DNA from: Camelus dromedarius
Lineage: Eukaryota
Direction of reading: 5' to 3'
Assembly: GCF_036321535.1 (NCBI RefSeq)
Contig: NC_087447.1
Location: 52,082,001 to 52,146,000 of the forward strand
DNA: 64,000 nt
The position numbers were made by a program, and so were the translations under genes. The notes below the pieces were generated by a model. That model had not been told where the DNA came from and ran no database searches. It was given only the letters and a program-made list of their open reading frames with translations. Below are positions 27,191 through 37,523 of the stretch, piece by piece. The number at the start of each line of letters is the position of its first letter. Position 1 is the stretch's first letter.

Positions 27191-30100
27191 AGTCTGGAGT
27201 TGTGCCGCGTCTTAGGGAAGCCTCGTGTCTGCTGCTGAATAAGTCATCGGAGGACCTGCTCGCCGCTTGACAGGTGGCGGGCCGTCAGCAGACTCCTCAC
27301 ACGGAGCCCTTCAAGTCAGAAATTCCTTTGCCCCCCAGCTTTAAGAGATAAGAGAAACAGCCTAGAATTTGGAGTTAAGCAAACCTAGATTCAAATTGAG
27401 TTCACTGTTTAATACCACAAACCATGAACATCTCCAGGCCTCATAAGCCTCATCTGCAAGATGGGTGGTAATAACACCTACCAGGAATATTGCAGTAGGT
27501 TCTAATGAGATCTAATGTAGAAAGCACTGGTCTAGAGCCCACACCTATGCGTCTCCCTGAGCCCTCCCCACTACCTGCACGACTTGTCCTCAGAAGCATC
27601 TGATCAGGAGAGAACAGGGGCAGACATTGAGCCTTCCAGTGGGGAGGGTGCTTGCTCAGTGAGGGGGGTCACCATGTGGTGAGTGAGGCCCCAGGGAGCT
27701 CCTCCTGAGTGCTCCATGGTCCCTGGCAGCATCAACCGAATTCGGCGAGCAATGGAAGGGAAAACTAAGGAGACCCTGGAGAAGCTCTTAGGTGACACAG
27801 TCACCACGGGGGAGATTCATTTATCATTTTCCCAACAAACGCTTATGAATGGTTCCTGTGCCAGGTCCCAGAGGTCCGGTGGTGAGCACAGCAGGTGGGG
27901 TCCTGCTGTCAGCTTAACGCTTGCGATGATTGCTTGCGATGATCCGGTCCTGTTGCTTTGGATGCATCCCTCACTAGCCAACAGTCAACTAGCATTTACT
28001 AGGTGCCCACAGGGAGGCAGGAAATGAGGCCACAGCAGGTGCTGCGAGACTCCACCAACCTTCTCTGACCGAAATGAATGAAAGCTGTGTGTTTTCATTC
28101 CCAACAGCCAGCACCTGCGACTCTTCGTAGGTGGGCTGTCCTCAGGCTGCTGGAGCCCATGTGCTGAGTACACAGAGAGCCAGCAGTTCCTTGGACATGA
28201 CGTCCCCAGGGGCAGCCTTTAACCGATGACTGACAGGCACAGAGGTGTAAATACTCCTGCCTCTGCCCCGCGGGGGACAATTCTCAGGTGTGACTTAGAC
28301 TGCTTCCATGACTCCCGCACTGGACTAAGCCACTGTTACTCTCCTGGGACTTTGCCTGAGCTCACACCCTTGAAGACCCTCTTGCCTTTCTTGTCCCTCA
28401 TCTTTGTCTGTTTTCCTGGGACCACCACATAACAACTCGATTTTAGACAAATCCTTGTTCAGGATCTCCTTAGGTGGAACTCCCCAACTCAAGATAAAAA
28501 AAAAAAAAAGGAGGTAGTGATTGTTTCTGGTCCTCATGTCACTACCCACAGTGATCCAAGTCAGAAGTCAGTCATTATAAATAATAGTTAAAGGGCAGCT
28601 TTGCAAAATAGTTCCTTTTATTATAAATCCAAGTGCATTCAAAATTATTGCTGTAATGCTACGCCCAGTCTCCCTCACGTCCATTCTGACGTGCTTTATG
28701 AGTGTGGAGAAAGAGGAGGCACTCCTGCTTGCTGAGGTTTGCACATAACCTATACCTTTATTATACCAAATCTAGATAAACCCATGGGATTTGGGCTTGA
28801 ATGTAAACATCAACCATCGTGTGTACTGCTGTGTGAAAAAAGGTGAGACAGGCTGGATCAGATCCCTGGGAACCTGGTTTTCTGCCTGCCTGGATCAGCT
28901 TCGCAGGAATAGGTCTCAGAGGCCCAGGCTCCCCCAGGACCATGTGAACAGCACACCTTCCTCCCACCAGGAACGTCTTCAGTTCTCATCTAATCCCTTC
29001 TCATCAAATCCACCTCTTCCAGGAAATTCTCTGACCCCTTCCTCTTCCCACCCAGGCACCCTGAGCTCCCCTCCTTTGACACTGAGGCAAGTGATTTTTG
29101 TTGTAAACACTTTAAGCACTTGGCTTACTCCTCCCTCTCCTTCAAGGTGGCTGGAGTCTGAGTTTGGAGAACAAATCAGAGGCTGATCAGGCAAGGGGCA
29201 CATCAGAGGCCTTAGTAGAGGCAGGAGGAGGGAGCTGGGGCTGGTCTTGCTGTCACAGAATCATGGCTACGGGCAGAGAGCATGCTCAAGCCCCGCCAGA
29301 GCCTGGCTCCTCCTACAACCAAACCTATGTCAGTGAAGTGTGGATGCCAGGGGGTCTGCCCAGACCTGGGCACATCCCCTCAGGGTCTGGACCTGACCCT
29401 TGCACACAGATGGGGTTCTGCTCCCAACAGCCCTACACCATCCAGTTTACATCCCCACATGCTGCAGTGCCTGGAGCCCCTAGATGCCTGGCCGTGCTTC
29501 TGGTAACAAACTGGCAACTCCCTATCCCCAGGACTGAGCTCGAGCACATGGCGCCTCCTGATTCCAGAGACTGGGCCTCTGGCCCCTCTCCCAGCACAAA
29601 ACCCAGAAGATCTTTGCTCTCCTTCCACAGGCTTCTGAGTTCTAGCAAGTGTGGATGCTGAGGCCTCCTGGGTGGTGACACAGAGCACGTGCTCCTTGGT
29701 ATCACAGGCTGTTTTCTGAATCTTTCTAGACTCCCTGATTGGGTGGTGATGTTTATAAGCAAAGGGTCCTGTCTCACATCTTGGGGTCCTCTAGGCTGCT
29801 TACATACATTAAGTGCCCATTAAACGTTTACTGATTGATTGCATTTTTTCTCTAGGCCTCCTCAAGAGCCTGCAAAGGCATTTATTTAATCATTCGTTAT
29901 CTTTCCACCCACCCACCGACTCACCATGTAATAAGTATCAGTACCTGAAAGAATAGCTGTATTTCCTCTGTTCCCACCTCACTGACTGGGGAAGAGACTG
30001 GCCCTGGGAGTGTGGAGCCAGCACATTTTGAAGGTGGGGGAGGGGTGGAAAAGCCAAGGCCCAAATACATGCCAAGTGTGGACTTCTCAAAGGCAGCAAG

Positions 30101-30399
30101 GGGCTTGCAGATCACACGGCAGGAGGAAAATGCTTCCACTCTTCCCGCTGGGCTTAAGACTCTCCTGCCCCTAAGAACTGATGTTAGTCCTTGCAAGGTG
30201 TGTCTCTACAAATAAGCTTTGGACTCTTGAAGGATAAAGAATGTATTTGCAACTCTTACTGCCCTTGAAACCCTGAAAGGGGACTGGCCAGGAGATGGTG
30301 GCTGGAGCCTACCCTGGGGCCATTCCAGACTCTGATGAATTCAGATTTGATAAATTAATGCTGGGTGGCCTGATGGGGGCAGGGGTGGGACCTTCTGTA

Positions 30400-30850
30400 G
30401 GAGCGCGCTTCCTAAGGCCTGGAGAGAGATTTCCGGTGTGGGGCTGGAGGCGGAGATGCCCACCCACCAGAAACGCCCGCGTGAGAGCTGGGAACAAGGG
30501 CAGGGTGGGTGAGACCAAGCGCAATGCCCTGTAAGAGGTGTCACGCTTAGCCACTCCTCCGCTGGATGCGGGAGAAATGGCCTATCAGTACTCACTGTAA
30601 AGTCTTTTTCCTCACAGGTCGAAGTTTCGTCTCCGCCGCCAACGCCAGCGCACAGGGAAAGCTCGACAATCTCGCGTGCAAGGGGGCGGGGTAACTGCGC
30701 CGCCGCGCAGACGTGGGGGAGGAGACCCGCCGTGTCCCCGCCCCTCACCCTTGCGCCAGGCCCGCGCACCTGCAGCAAATTTGCCGGGAGGGCTGATGGC
30801 GGAGGGCAGGCTTGGGGGCGCGGGGAGGAGGTGCAACAACCCGTTCAGAG
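30400..30850 (-). promoter_or_regulatory. CpG-island promoter with a putative non-coding first exon (about 30680 to 30596)
   Basis: Dense CpGs in otherwise CpG-poor DNA; GC box ggggcgggg at 30682-30690; consensus donor ACA|GTGAGT at 30595-30590 on the minus strand. Confidence 0.65.
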
Positions 30851-31653
30851 AAAAGGGAAGAGTACCAGGTCCTGGAAGGAAGGTGGGTGGATGCACTGGG
30901 GAGGGCGGCCTGAGGGGGAAAACTTACACTGGGCCAAGCCCTGGTATTCAGAGAGCTGCCTGTGACATTATATACCCGCTCCTTTAAGGTGATCTAAGCA
31001 GTAACCAGGAACACTCTGCATTCATACCCCTTGTTATAGATAGATCAAGGCTTCGAGGTTAAATGCCTTGCCTAAGATCACACAGTAAGTGCTAGAGCCA
31101 AGTTCTGCACCCAATTTGGCATGACTCCAAAAGTAGATTTTCCCACCACAGCAGGTGTCCTGGCACCCCAGAACAATGAATCTGGGCAGTGGTGCCGGGA
31201 CAGCTCATGGCAGCCTGGGTGGAAGGAAGCGGCCCGAAGCTTGAATCCCCTTCCCAGAGGGCCTGGTGGAGGGCCAGTCCTGAGGCTAATGGGAAGCAGC
31301 GAGCCTTCTGCTCTCACTCTTGTACTCAATTATCTAAATTTTCATAAGGTTTGCTATTCACACCAGGGAGCTGGGCTTAGCAAATGTACTTTCCTAAGTG
31401 ACCAGCTGTCATCCCTGACTTCCAGAGCTGAGAGGTTAAATGTGAGGTTATGTGAGAAAAGCAAGGTGAAAAATTACCTGTGTGCTGTGATTACAACTAC
31501 CTTAGTTTTTTTTTTTTTTGAAAAAAACCAAAACAGATACATTAAAAACACACAAAGCAAGAAAAAAACAAAAACCCAAAAGAATGCTAAAGGAATTTTC
31601 TTTTTCCCCAAGTTGTATTATATGGTTATCGTAACTTGTGTGATGAATATACA

Positions 31654-31659
31654 TTTATT
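31654..31659 (-). terminator. Possible distal TENM4 polyadenylation signal
   Basis: AATAAA on the minus strand with U/GU-rich tracts downstream (about 31520-31580). Confidence 0.45.
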
Positions 31660-32064
31660 TTTGGAAGTGCAACCCGTGACACCCCATCTGGAACACAGTG
31701 ACACCGTAGACAATTCTGTGCCTGGTGACAGAGCAGAGCCTCTTCCCATAGGGCACTGTCAAGCTGTCCAGCCCCTTGGAGTCTGTCCCTGAGGCCAGTA
31801 AGGGCAGCAGCTGGGATGTGGCCTGGGGGAGCAGCGGGGCATAGCTGATGTCAGAGGTGCTTTGACATTCATGAGGGAAGCCCTGGGGTCTTTGTGTCCT
31901 CTGGAAATACCTCACCACGGCAGCTGTCACCTGGAGGGCTTAAGAGGGACTTTGGGGTGGAGGACCAGAGCCTTGGAGGTCGTCCTGAGAACAGCAGCTT
32001 CTAGAAGACCAAACTCAGAGGGCTGGCTCAGGCAGCCACTACTCTCCAGACAAAGGCCACCAAA

Positions 32065-35000
32065 CGCCTTTAAACACAAAATATTTTTTTATTTGTCAAC
32101 GAAGGCTACACGGGCGGGATCACTTCTGCTTTTGTTTTTATGCCTTTTTTTTTTCTAGAAGGTATCTACATCTGCATTTATTTACAGCCTTGTCGGTATT
32201 TACACAGTCAAGAATACAGTGTTAGAAACACAAAACTGTTGAGAAAAAAACTTCTCAAAATTAGTTCCAGACTTCAGGAAAACTATTTCCACATGGTAAG
32301 GCCAGAGTCTCCAGTGTTGGTCGTCCAGAGGCAGCTAGGCAGAGTCCTTTTGCCGAAGCTGCGGGTTCAGAAGTCTTCAAGAACAACAGGTAGGTTTAGA
32401 AAAGTGGGATTCTGGTGTTGGGAGACTCCAGGGCTGCCGGGCACCAGCAGACATCTGTGACTCAGCTTCTGCCAAGATAGCTGTGCCTGCCCGAGTTGGT
32501 TCTCCATTGGCAGTGTGCCCTCAGAATTAAACACGTGTTCTTGGGGACCAAGAGGTCGCCGGGCATCACGCCTTTGGCATTCCAGAGGGGGTAAGGAACA
32601 CAACATCGGCCCCATCCAGGCTTCCCCCAACTCTGATCTTCCACCTTCATGGTGAAACCTAAGAGCTCACCATTGTCTTGGGCAGTCACATACACAAGGC
32701 TGGTTTTTGAGAATGTAAAAATTGGGGAGGATAACCTTTCTGTCACCTGAGCAATGAGTCTTTAAAATAAGTTTGCTGTTTTTTGAAGGTTAAAGAAAAG
32801 GGCTTTGAACTACAGAGTTCTTTCTCTTAATCCTCTCCTCCCCTCCAATAAAATACAGGTAAGTGTCTCAATCTACCTGGAGAGTATGACCCTTAAATGG
32901 AGGGAGTTTAGTCCTAGCGAGGATCCCAAGGGAAAGAAGGGACTTGGTTCTTTCTGGGACCCCTCAGGGAGTGGGTGTCAGCTCAGGTCCAGAAGCCACG
33001 GCCTGGGCTTAGTGGCTGCTTGTGAGGAATGGCGGCTAGATTGGACTCTGAGCACTGGGGGAACAAACCTCAAAGCCCTAGACCCTGCTGAGGCCTGGCA
33101 GACCCCTCTGTCCTGGGCATCAAGCTCAGTGTCACGGCCGTCACCACGTGGAGACCGTAAGCACAAGGCTGCAGATGTGAACCTGTATTCTAGAGTTTCA
33201 CACGGAAAGCCTCATCTTTGCATCCTGGAAACCCCTGCCGTCTATAAAGGTGGTACTTAAAAGTTACAGCTGAAGAGGTCCTTTCTTCTTCTTCTTCTTT
33301 TTTTTTTAAAGCAAATCTTATTTCTTGTTACGTGTCTATAAAAACACTGCTCAGTTTTACTCACCTTCCTTGTCTACCAACACCTTCTGTTCCCAGCCCC
33401 ACCCCATTCCGATTATTTAAAATCACGCCCTCTGGCCATTCCCAACCTCTGGTCATAAGTTTCTTAGAAATTGTTTCAAATCCTCCATCCCTAGGTAGGA
33501 ATCAGGCACTGGTCTGTTCCTTGGGTTAATGTTCAGCCAACAGTTCTGAGAGACAAGCATCAGGGGCTGACGAAGTTGTGATTCACCGCGGAGTTTCTTC
33601 CCCTTCTTCCTGTTGTCATAGCTCTGCTCTCCAATGCTGTCTGTCTGGAGGGTGGGCAACAAGGAGATCTCATCCTATAAAAAACGAAGTTGGGGAATCA
33701 CTAAGGTCCTATTTAAGGTGATGACAAGGTGCTGAGGGTGAGGGGCCAATGGCAGCTGTGGAGGGTGGCGGAGAAGGCAGGCACTCTTCCAAGATAAACC
33801 TTTTTCTAGGGTCAGAAGCTGCCACCGTACAGAATAATGACCCTGGGCCAGTGAGGGAGGACTAGTAACGCTGAGTAATGGACACGTTTTGGTTGGTTAG
33901 TGCCAAAAGGATGGGATTTGAAGCCTGGAGGCCACTAAGCAGGCACAGGGAAATCTGGCTTATGCCTTCAGATTCACTCTTGCTGTGAGATTGGGACTGC
34001 TGGTCTCAGCAGGAGGACGCACTGAAAGGGGAGGCACTGAGTCACCTGTCGTGGAATGGAAAGCAACTCAAAAGGGCAGAGGCCAGGAGCACCATCTCCA
34101 GTAGCAACAGCACCAATGTGAAACCCAGCGAGGTGCATGACGCTACCGGCCCCACACCTGAGATCCCTTCTCTAAAGCACGGGGATGCTTCAGCTTCCCC
34201 TGATGCAGAAGCCAGGTCTCCTGGGCGGTATGTAACCCAGGAAGAATATAACATCATTCGTTTAAAGAAAAGAAATGCTCAATAATTCTCTGTAATCTTG
34301 CTCTTCAAGAGTCCACGCTATTTCCTTGGTGGCAGGTGGCGGGGTGGATGGTCAGAGCGTTGGAGAGGTGCAGGGAGAGGACTCCCTCAGGCCTCATGCT
34401 GTTTCCGACCTCCCAGTGGACAGCAGGTCTTGATTGATGTCAGGCAGCCAGGATGGAACTGATCATCTGGGCCAATGGGCAGGGTCCATTCCCCAAGGGC
34501 CCCTTATATCAAGAGTACATTTGGGAGGCATAAGTCTATCTTGCATAAAAAAAATTGGTTTTCTTCAGGCCAAACTGTTTTCTATCCCATCCAAGAATGA
34601 TCCTGCCAGGTGGGAGCCCACAAGCTCCTGCCTTGCCCAGCGGGCCCGAGGGACATTGCATCTGACTCGGCGGAGCTCTGGCCAAGGCCCACTGTCACAG
34701 CAGTGTGACTTCTTTTGGAAACAGGAAGAGCACTTAGCAAAACACATCCTCTAACCCCAGTGGGATGACGTAAGGCGAAACCTCCTCTCTGGGTGCCTCC
34801 CTCTGCAGGCAGAACCCAGACTCCATGCTGCTCCAATTCTCGTGCAGTAGGAGGCCTTCTTGGTTTCATTAACTCCTGCAATATTCTGAAGACTCTGTGA
34901 GTAAGGCTATAAAGGTGCCATGAGCTTGTCAATCCAACAAGGTTTCCACGGGGAAGAGCTCAGACTCAGAAGTCATTTTCCACACTTAATGTAAAATGTA

Positions 35001-36764
35001 ACTCATAAAAGTCCCATTTTCTAAAAAGCCCAGCTTAAAAGGAAGCATTTGGCTTCCCCTCCTGGTCTCCCAGAGCCTCCTGTGAGTGGTAATGATGATG
35101 GTAGTCAGGCAGGTAAAACAAGAGAAAGGAGCTCCTAGCTCACCAGGCTACTCACCCCTCCCCTCAGTGCTTCCCACCCCCTGCCTGTTGGCTGCTGCCT
35201 CTCCCTGGGCGTGCCCTCCAGGCGTGGGTTGTACTGGCTCCTGAGTGGGCTTAAGCCCTTTCCCACTGACCTCAGGCATAGGTCCTCACAGGGACCATGG
35301 TAGCCTGGCCTCCTGGCTCCATGGGCACCAGTCTCAGGAACCACCCCCATCCTGGTGGGGGAGCATGACACTGCCAGGCCACACCGAGTGAGCTCTTTCC
35401 TCCTTTCTCCTTAATCTTGTTTTGCAATCCTGGCTGGGCTCCTCTAGAGGGGAAGCTGTTTTAGAAGAACTTTACAGAAGGAAATGCCTGAAGGTTGCTC
35501 CAGTTGCATCCCAGCCCTGCAATTAGCCCAATACATGGGAGGCAGAGGGGCCTTCAGGAACTGGTTAGAAGGACGCTTGGCTCATGCCTTCCTCTCTTTG
35601 GCTGACTTTTTCTTAAGTCTCTTTCCAGAATCAAAGGCCACCAGGCACCTCTCTCCACACTCCTATTTCTCAGTGGTGGCAGCTGAGTGGTGGAGGGAAG
35701 GTACCAAAAGTCATGGGGAGAGGGCTTCACCTAGGAAGGCAGGCTGGTACCCTTGCCACCAATGCCATCCTTTCACCGTGGGTGGCCTTCCCCTCTGGAC
35801 GTGGTGCCCAAGCTGAGGGCTTGCTGTGCAGTGCTGGTTCTCACATCTGACTTTGGGAGAGAGGAGGAGATGAATAAGGAACATCATGGGAGGACCAACC
35901 AACCACAGACATCCTGGGTGCCTCTGCCTCTTGGAGAGGCTGGGGCTCTTAGCCCCAGGATGATGTCACCAGACTGGGGAAGGACCTGGGAGACACTTTC
36001 TCCATCCCAGCATGGGGGTGGCACTGACAACTACACAGAATTTGCAAAAGGGGTAGGGGTTTCATTTAGCATCAAAATATAAAGCTTGGACAGGAGTTTT
36101 GGGCAGCTTGAAAAAGGTGCTGTGAGATCATGAAACTCCCCAGAGCAAGATGAAACCACCCATGGTCCTCTGGAGGCATGGAACACAGTGAGTAAACAGC
36201 CCCCACTTGTCTGCGGGAGCTTAGCCTAAGATCCTCAGGTCCTGCAGACCCTCCTTCCAGGCCCCCTCAGAAATTTGCTACTGGCCCGTGACTCTCTGCA
36301 CCCCTCACTCCTGCCCAACCCCCATGGAAGAAAGAGTTGCACATGGGACAAGTTAGCACAGACACTCATGTCTCACATCACACTGGGTACCGAGGGACAG
36401 ACAAGGACACACCCCAGGAGATGCATCTCAGCGAGGAGAAGTGTACCCAAAACAACAAGGAAAACTCCTCAAGGAAAAGGGAACAAAAGACAATAAGGTT
36501 TTCATTGTGATCACACTACAGAAAAAAAAATACCTTCTGTTCTTTGCAAAAAATGTGTGAAGGCCAAATCTGTGTTTTTCTTTTCTTAAAAAAAAGGATG
36601 TTGCATGAATTTCAATGCAACCAGTATCTTTTGTTTGCTGTTTTCTGCATTTGTTTAAAAAAAGGGTTTTTTGTTTTTTGTTTTTTTAAGTACAACACAG
36701 TCAGGTATGTGGCCACAAAAGAGTAGCTGTCTTTGGCAAGAAGTCCAGGCCAAGGACCTCTCTG
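32065..36764 (-). other. TENM4: TENM4 3'UTR (about 4.7 kb)
   Basis: Repeat-poor sequence from the stop codon to an AATAAA at 32088-32093 with a GU-rich downstream element; 3' end approximate. Confidence 0.7.
32088..32093 (-). terminator. TENM4 polyadenylation signal AATAAA (probable major site)
   Basis: tttatt on the plus strand; GU-rich tttgtgttt...gtttggtgg follows on the minus strand. Confidence 0.65.
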
Positions 36765-37523
36765 TCACCTTCGGCCCATCTCGCTCTGTCTCATGAAGTG
36801 GATGTTGTTGGCGCTGTCTGACAGTTCCGGGTACTGCTCGACGGAGATCACGAAGAAGCCGTCGTAGCCTTGAACCCGCCCGGTGTTCAGCGCCTGCTGC
36901 TTCTCGCCCTCTGTCCAGGCCCGCAGGCCTTCCTCCCCATCCCGAAGTCGCTGCTGCTCTCGGGCCCAGGCCTGGCGCACGGCTCTCTGCCGGGCCAGCT
37001 CCAGCACCCGGGCCTTCTCCTCATCCACCGTTGTCCCGTAGCGGGTGTTCAAGCACAGTGCCCCATACTGGAGCTGGATGTCTGTGTAGCGTCTAGTCCT
37101 GCCATTGAGCATTGTGTTGATCTGGGACACGGTGACGTTGACCCCGTTCTCCAGGGTTCGCCGCCCCCCGCTGAGGCCCAGGATGGCCAGGTCACCTTCG
37201 GAAGGTCCTGGTTTCACAAAGTAGTGAGTGTCCACCCCGTCAATGGTGAAGTGCAGGTTCTCCAGGTAGTGGGCGTTGTTCAAGATGGCAGCAACCCTCC
37301 GCCCATCCTCGTTGGCCACACTGATGATGTCTGTGGCCACTCGGCCATCCTTCAAGGCGAACTTGACCCCCTTGCCAAAGACTGAGCCACTGGATGCAAA
37401 CTTCTTTGTCTCTGGGGCCTGCTGGCAGCTGGTGATTGTGGAGCCATAGAGCTGGTCAAAACGTTCCAGGGTAACGAAAGCCTTGAGCTGCTTCTGCACT
37501 TCACACTGTACCCCGAGGATAGA
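36765..37523 (-). CDS. TENM4: Teneurin-4 last coding exon (C-terminal ABD/Tox-GHH domain, TCAP-4, ends ...QSEMGRR*)
   Basis: Polypyrimidine tract plus cag acceptor at 37524-37525; 253 codons including TGA at 36765-36767; the C-terminus [15 protein letters not shown] is typical of teneurin-4. Confidence 0.97.
   Translation of the reverse strand, partial: SILGVQCEVQKQLKAFVTLERFDQLYGSTITSCQQAPETKKFASSGSVFGKGVKFALKDGRVATDIISVANEDGRRVAAILNNAHYLENLHFTIDGVDTHYFVKPGPSEGDLAILGLSGGRRTLENGVNVTVSQINTMLNGRTRRYTDIQLQYGALCLNTRYGTTVDEEKARVLELARQRAVRQAWAREQQRLRDGEEGLRAWTEGEKQQALNTGRVQGYDGFFVISVEQYPELSDSANNIHFMRQSEMGRR

Larger units (their letters stand above)
1825..30680 (-). pseudogene. Multi-exon decayed GREB1/GREB1L-family paralog (putative unitary pseudogene)
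   Basis: Approximate exon remnants, most with AG/GT borders: 30596-30680, 29925-29985 (ends ATG|gtgagt), 29385-29790, 28756-28828, 28546-28693, 27960-28487, 27575-27776, 26914-27338, 26203-26446, 25769-26077, 25446-25507, 25091-25230, 24890-25002, 7657-7817, 7211-7569, 6700-7127, 4915-5347 joined to 1830-2101. Translations match recalled GREB1 motifs in order. Many stops and frameshifts; AATAAA at 1825-1830. Confidence 0.75.

Noticed and set aside
28225..28260. EYLHLCACQS resembling GREB1 YVVIICACRS
   Set aside because: Another frame (SIYTS...MSKELLALCVL) fits the colinear order better; treated as coincidence.
30400..30850. NARS2 promoter
   Set aside because: No asparaginyl-tRNA synthetase coding exons downstream in the window; the exons that follow resemble GREB1.
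31121..31792. 223-aa plus-strand ORF
   Set aside because: Runs through T/A homopolymers, non-ATG-independent evidence absent, no homology recognised.
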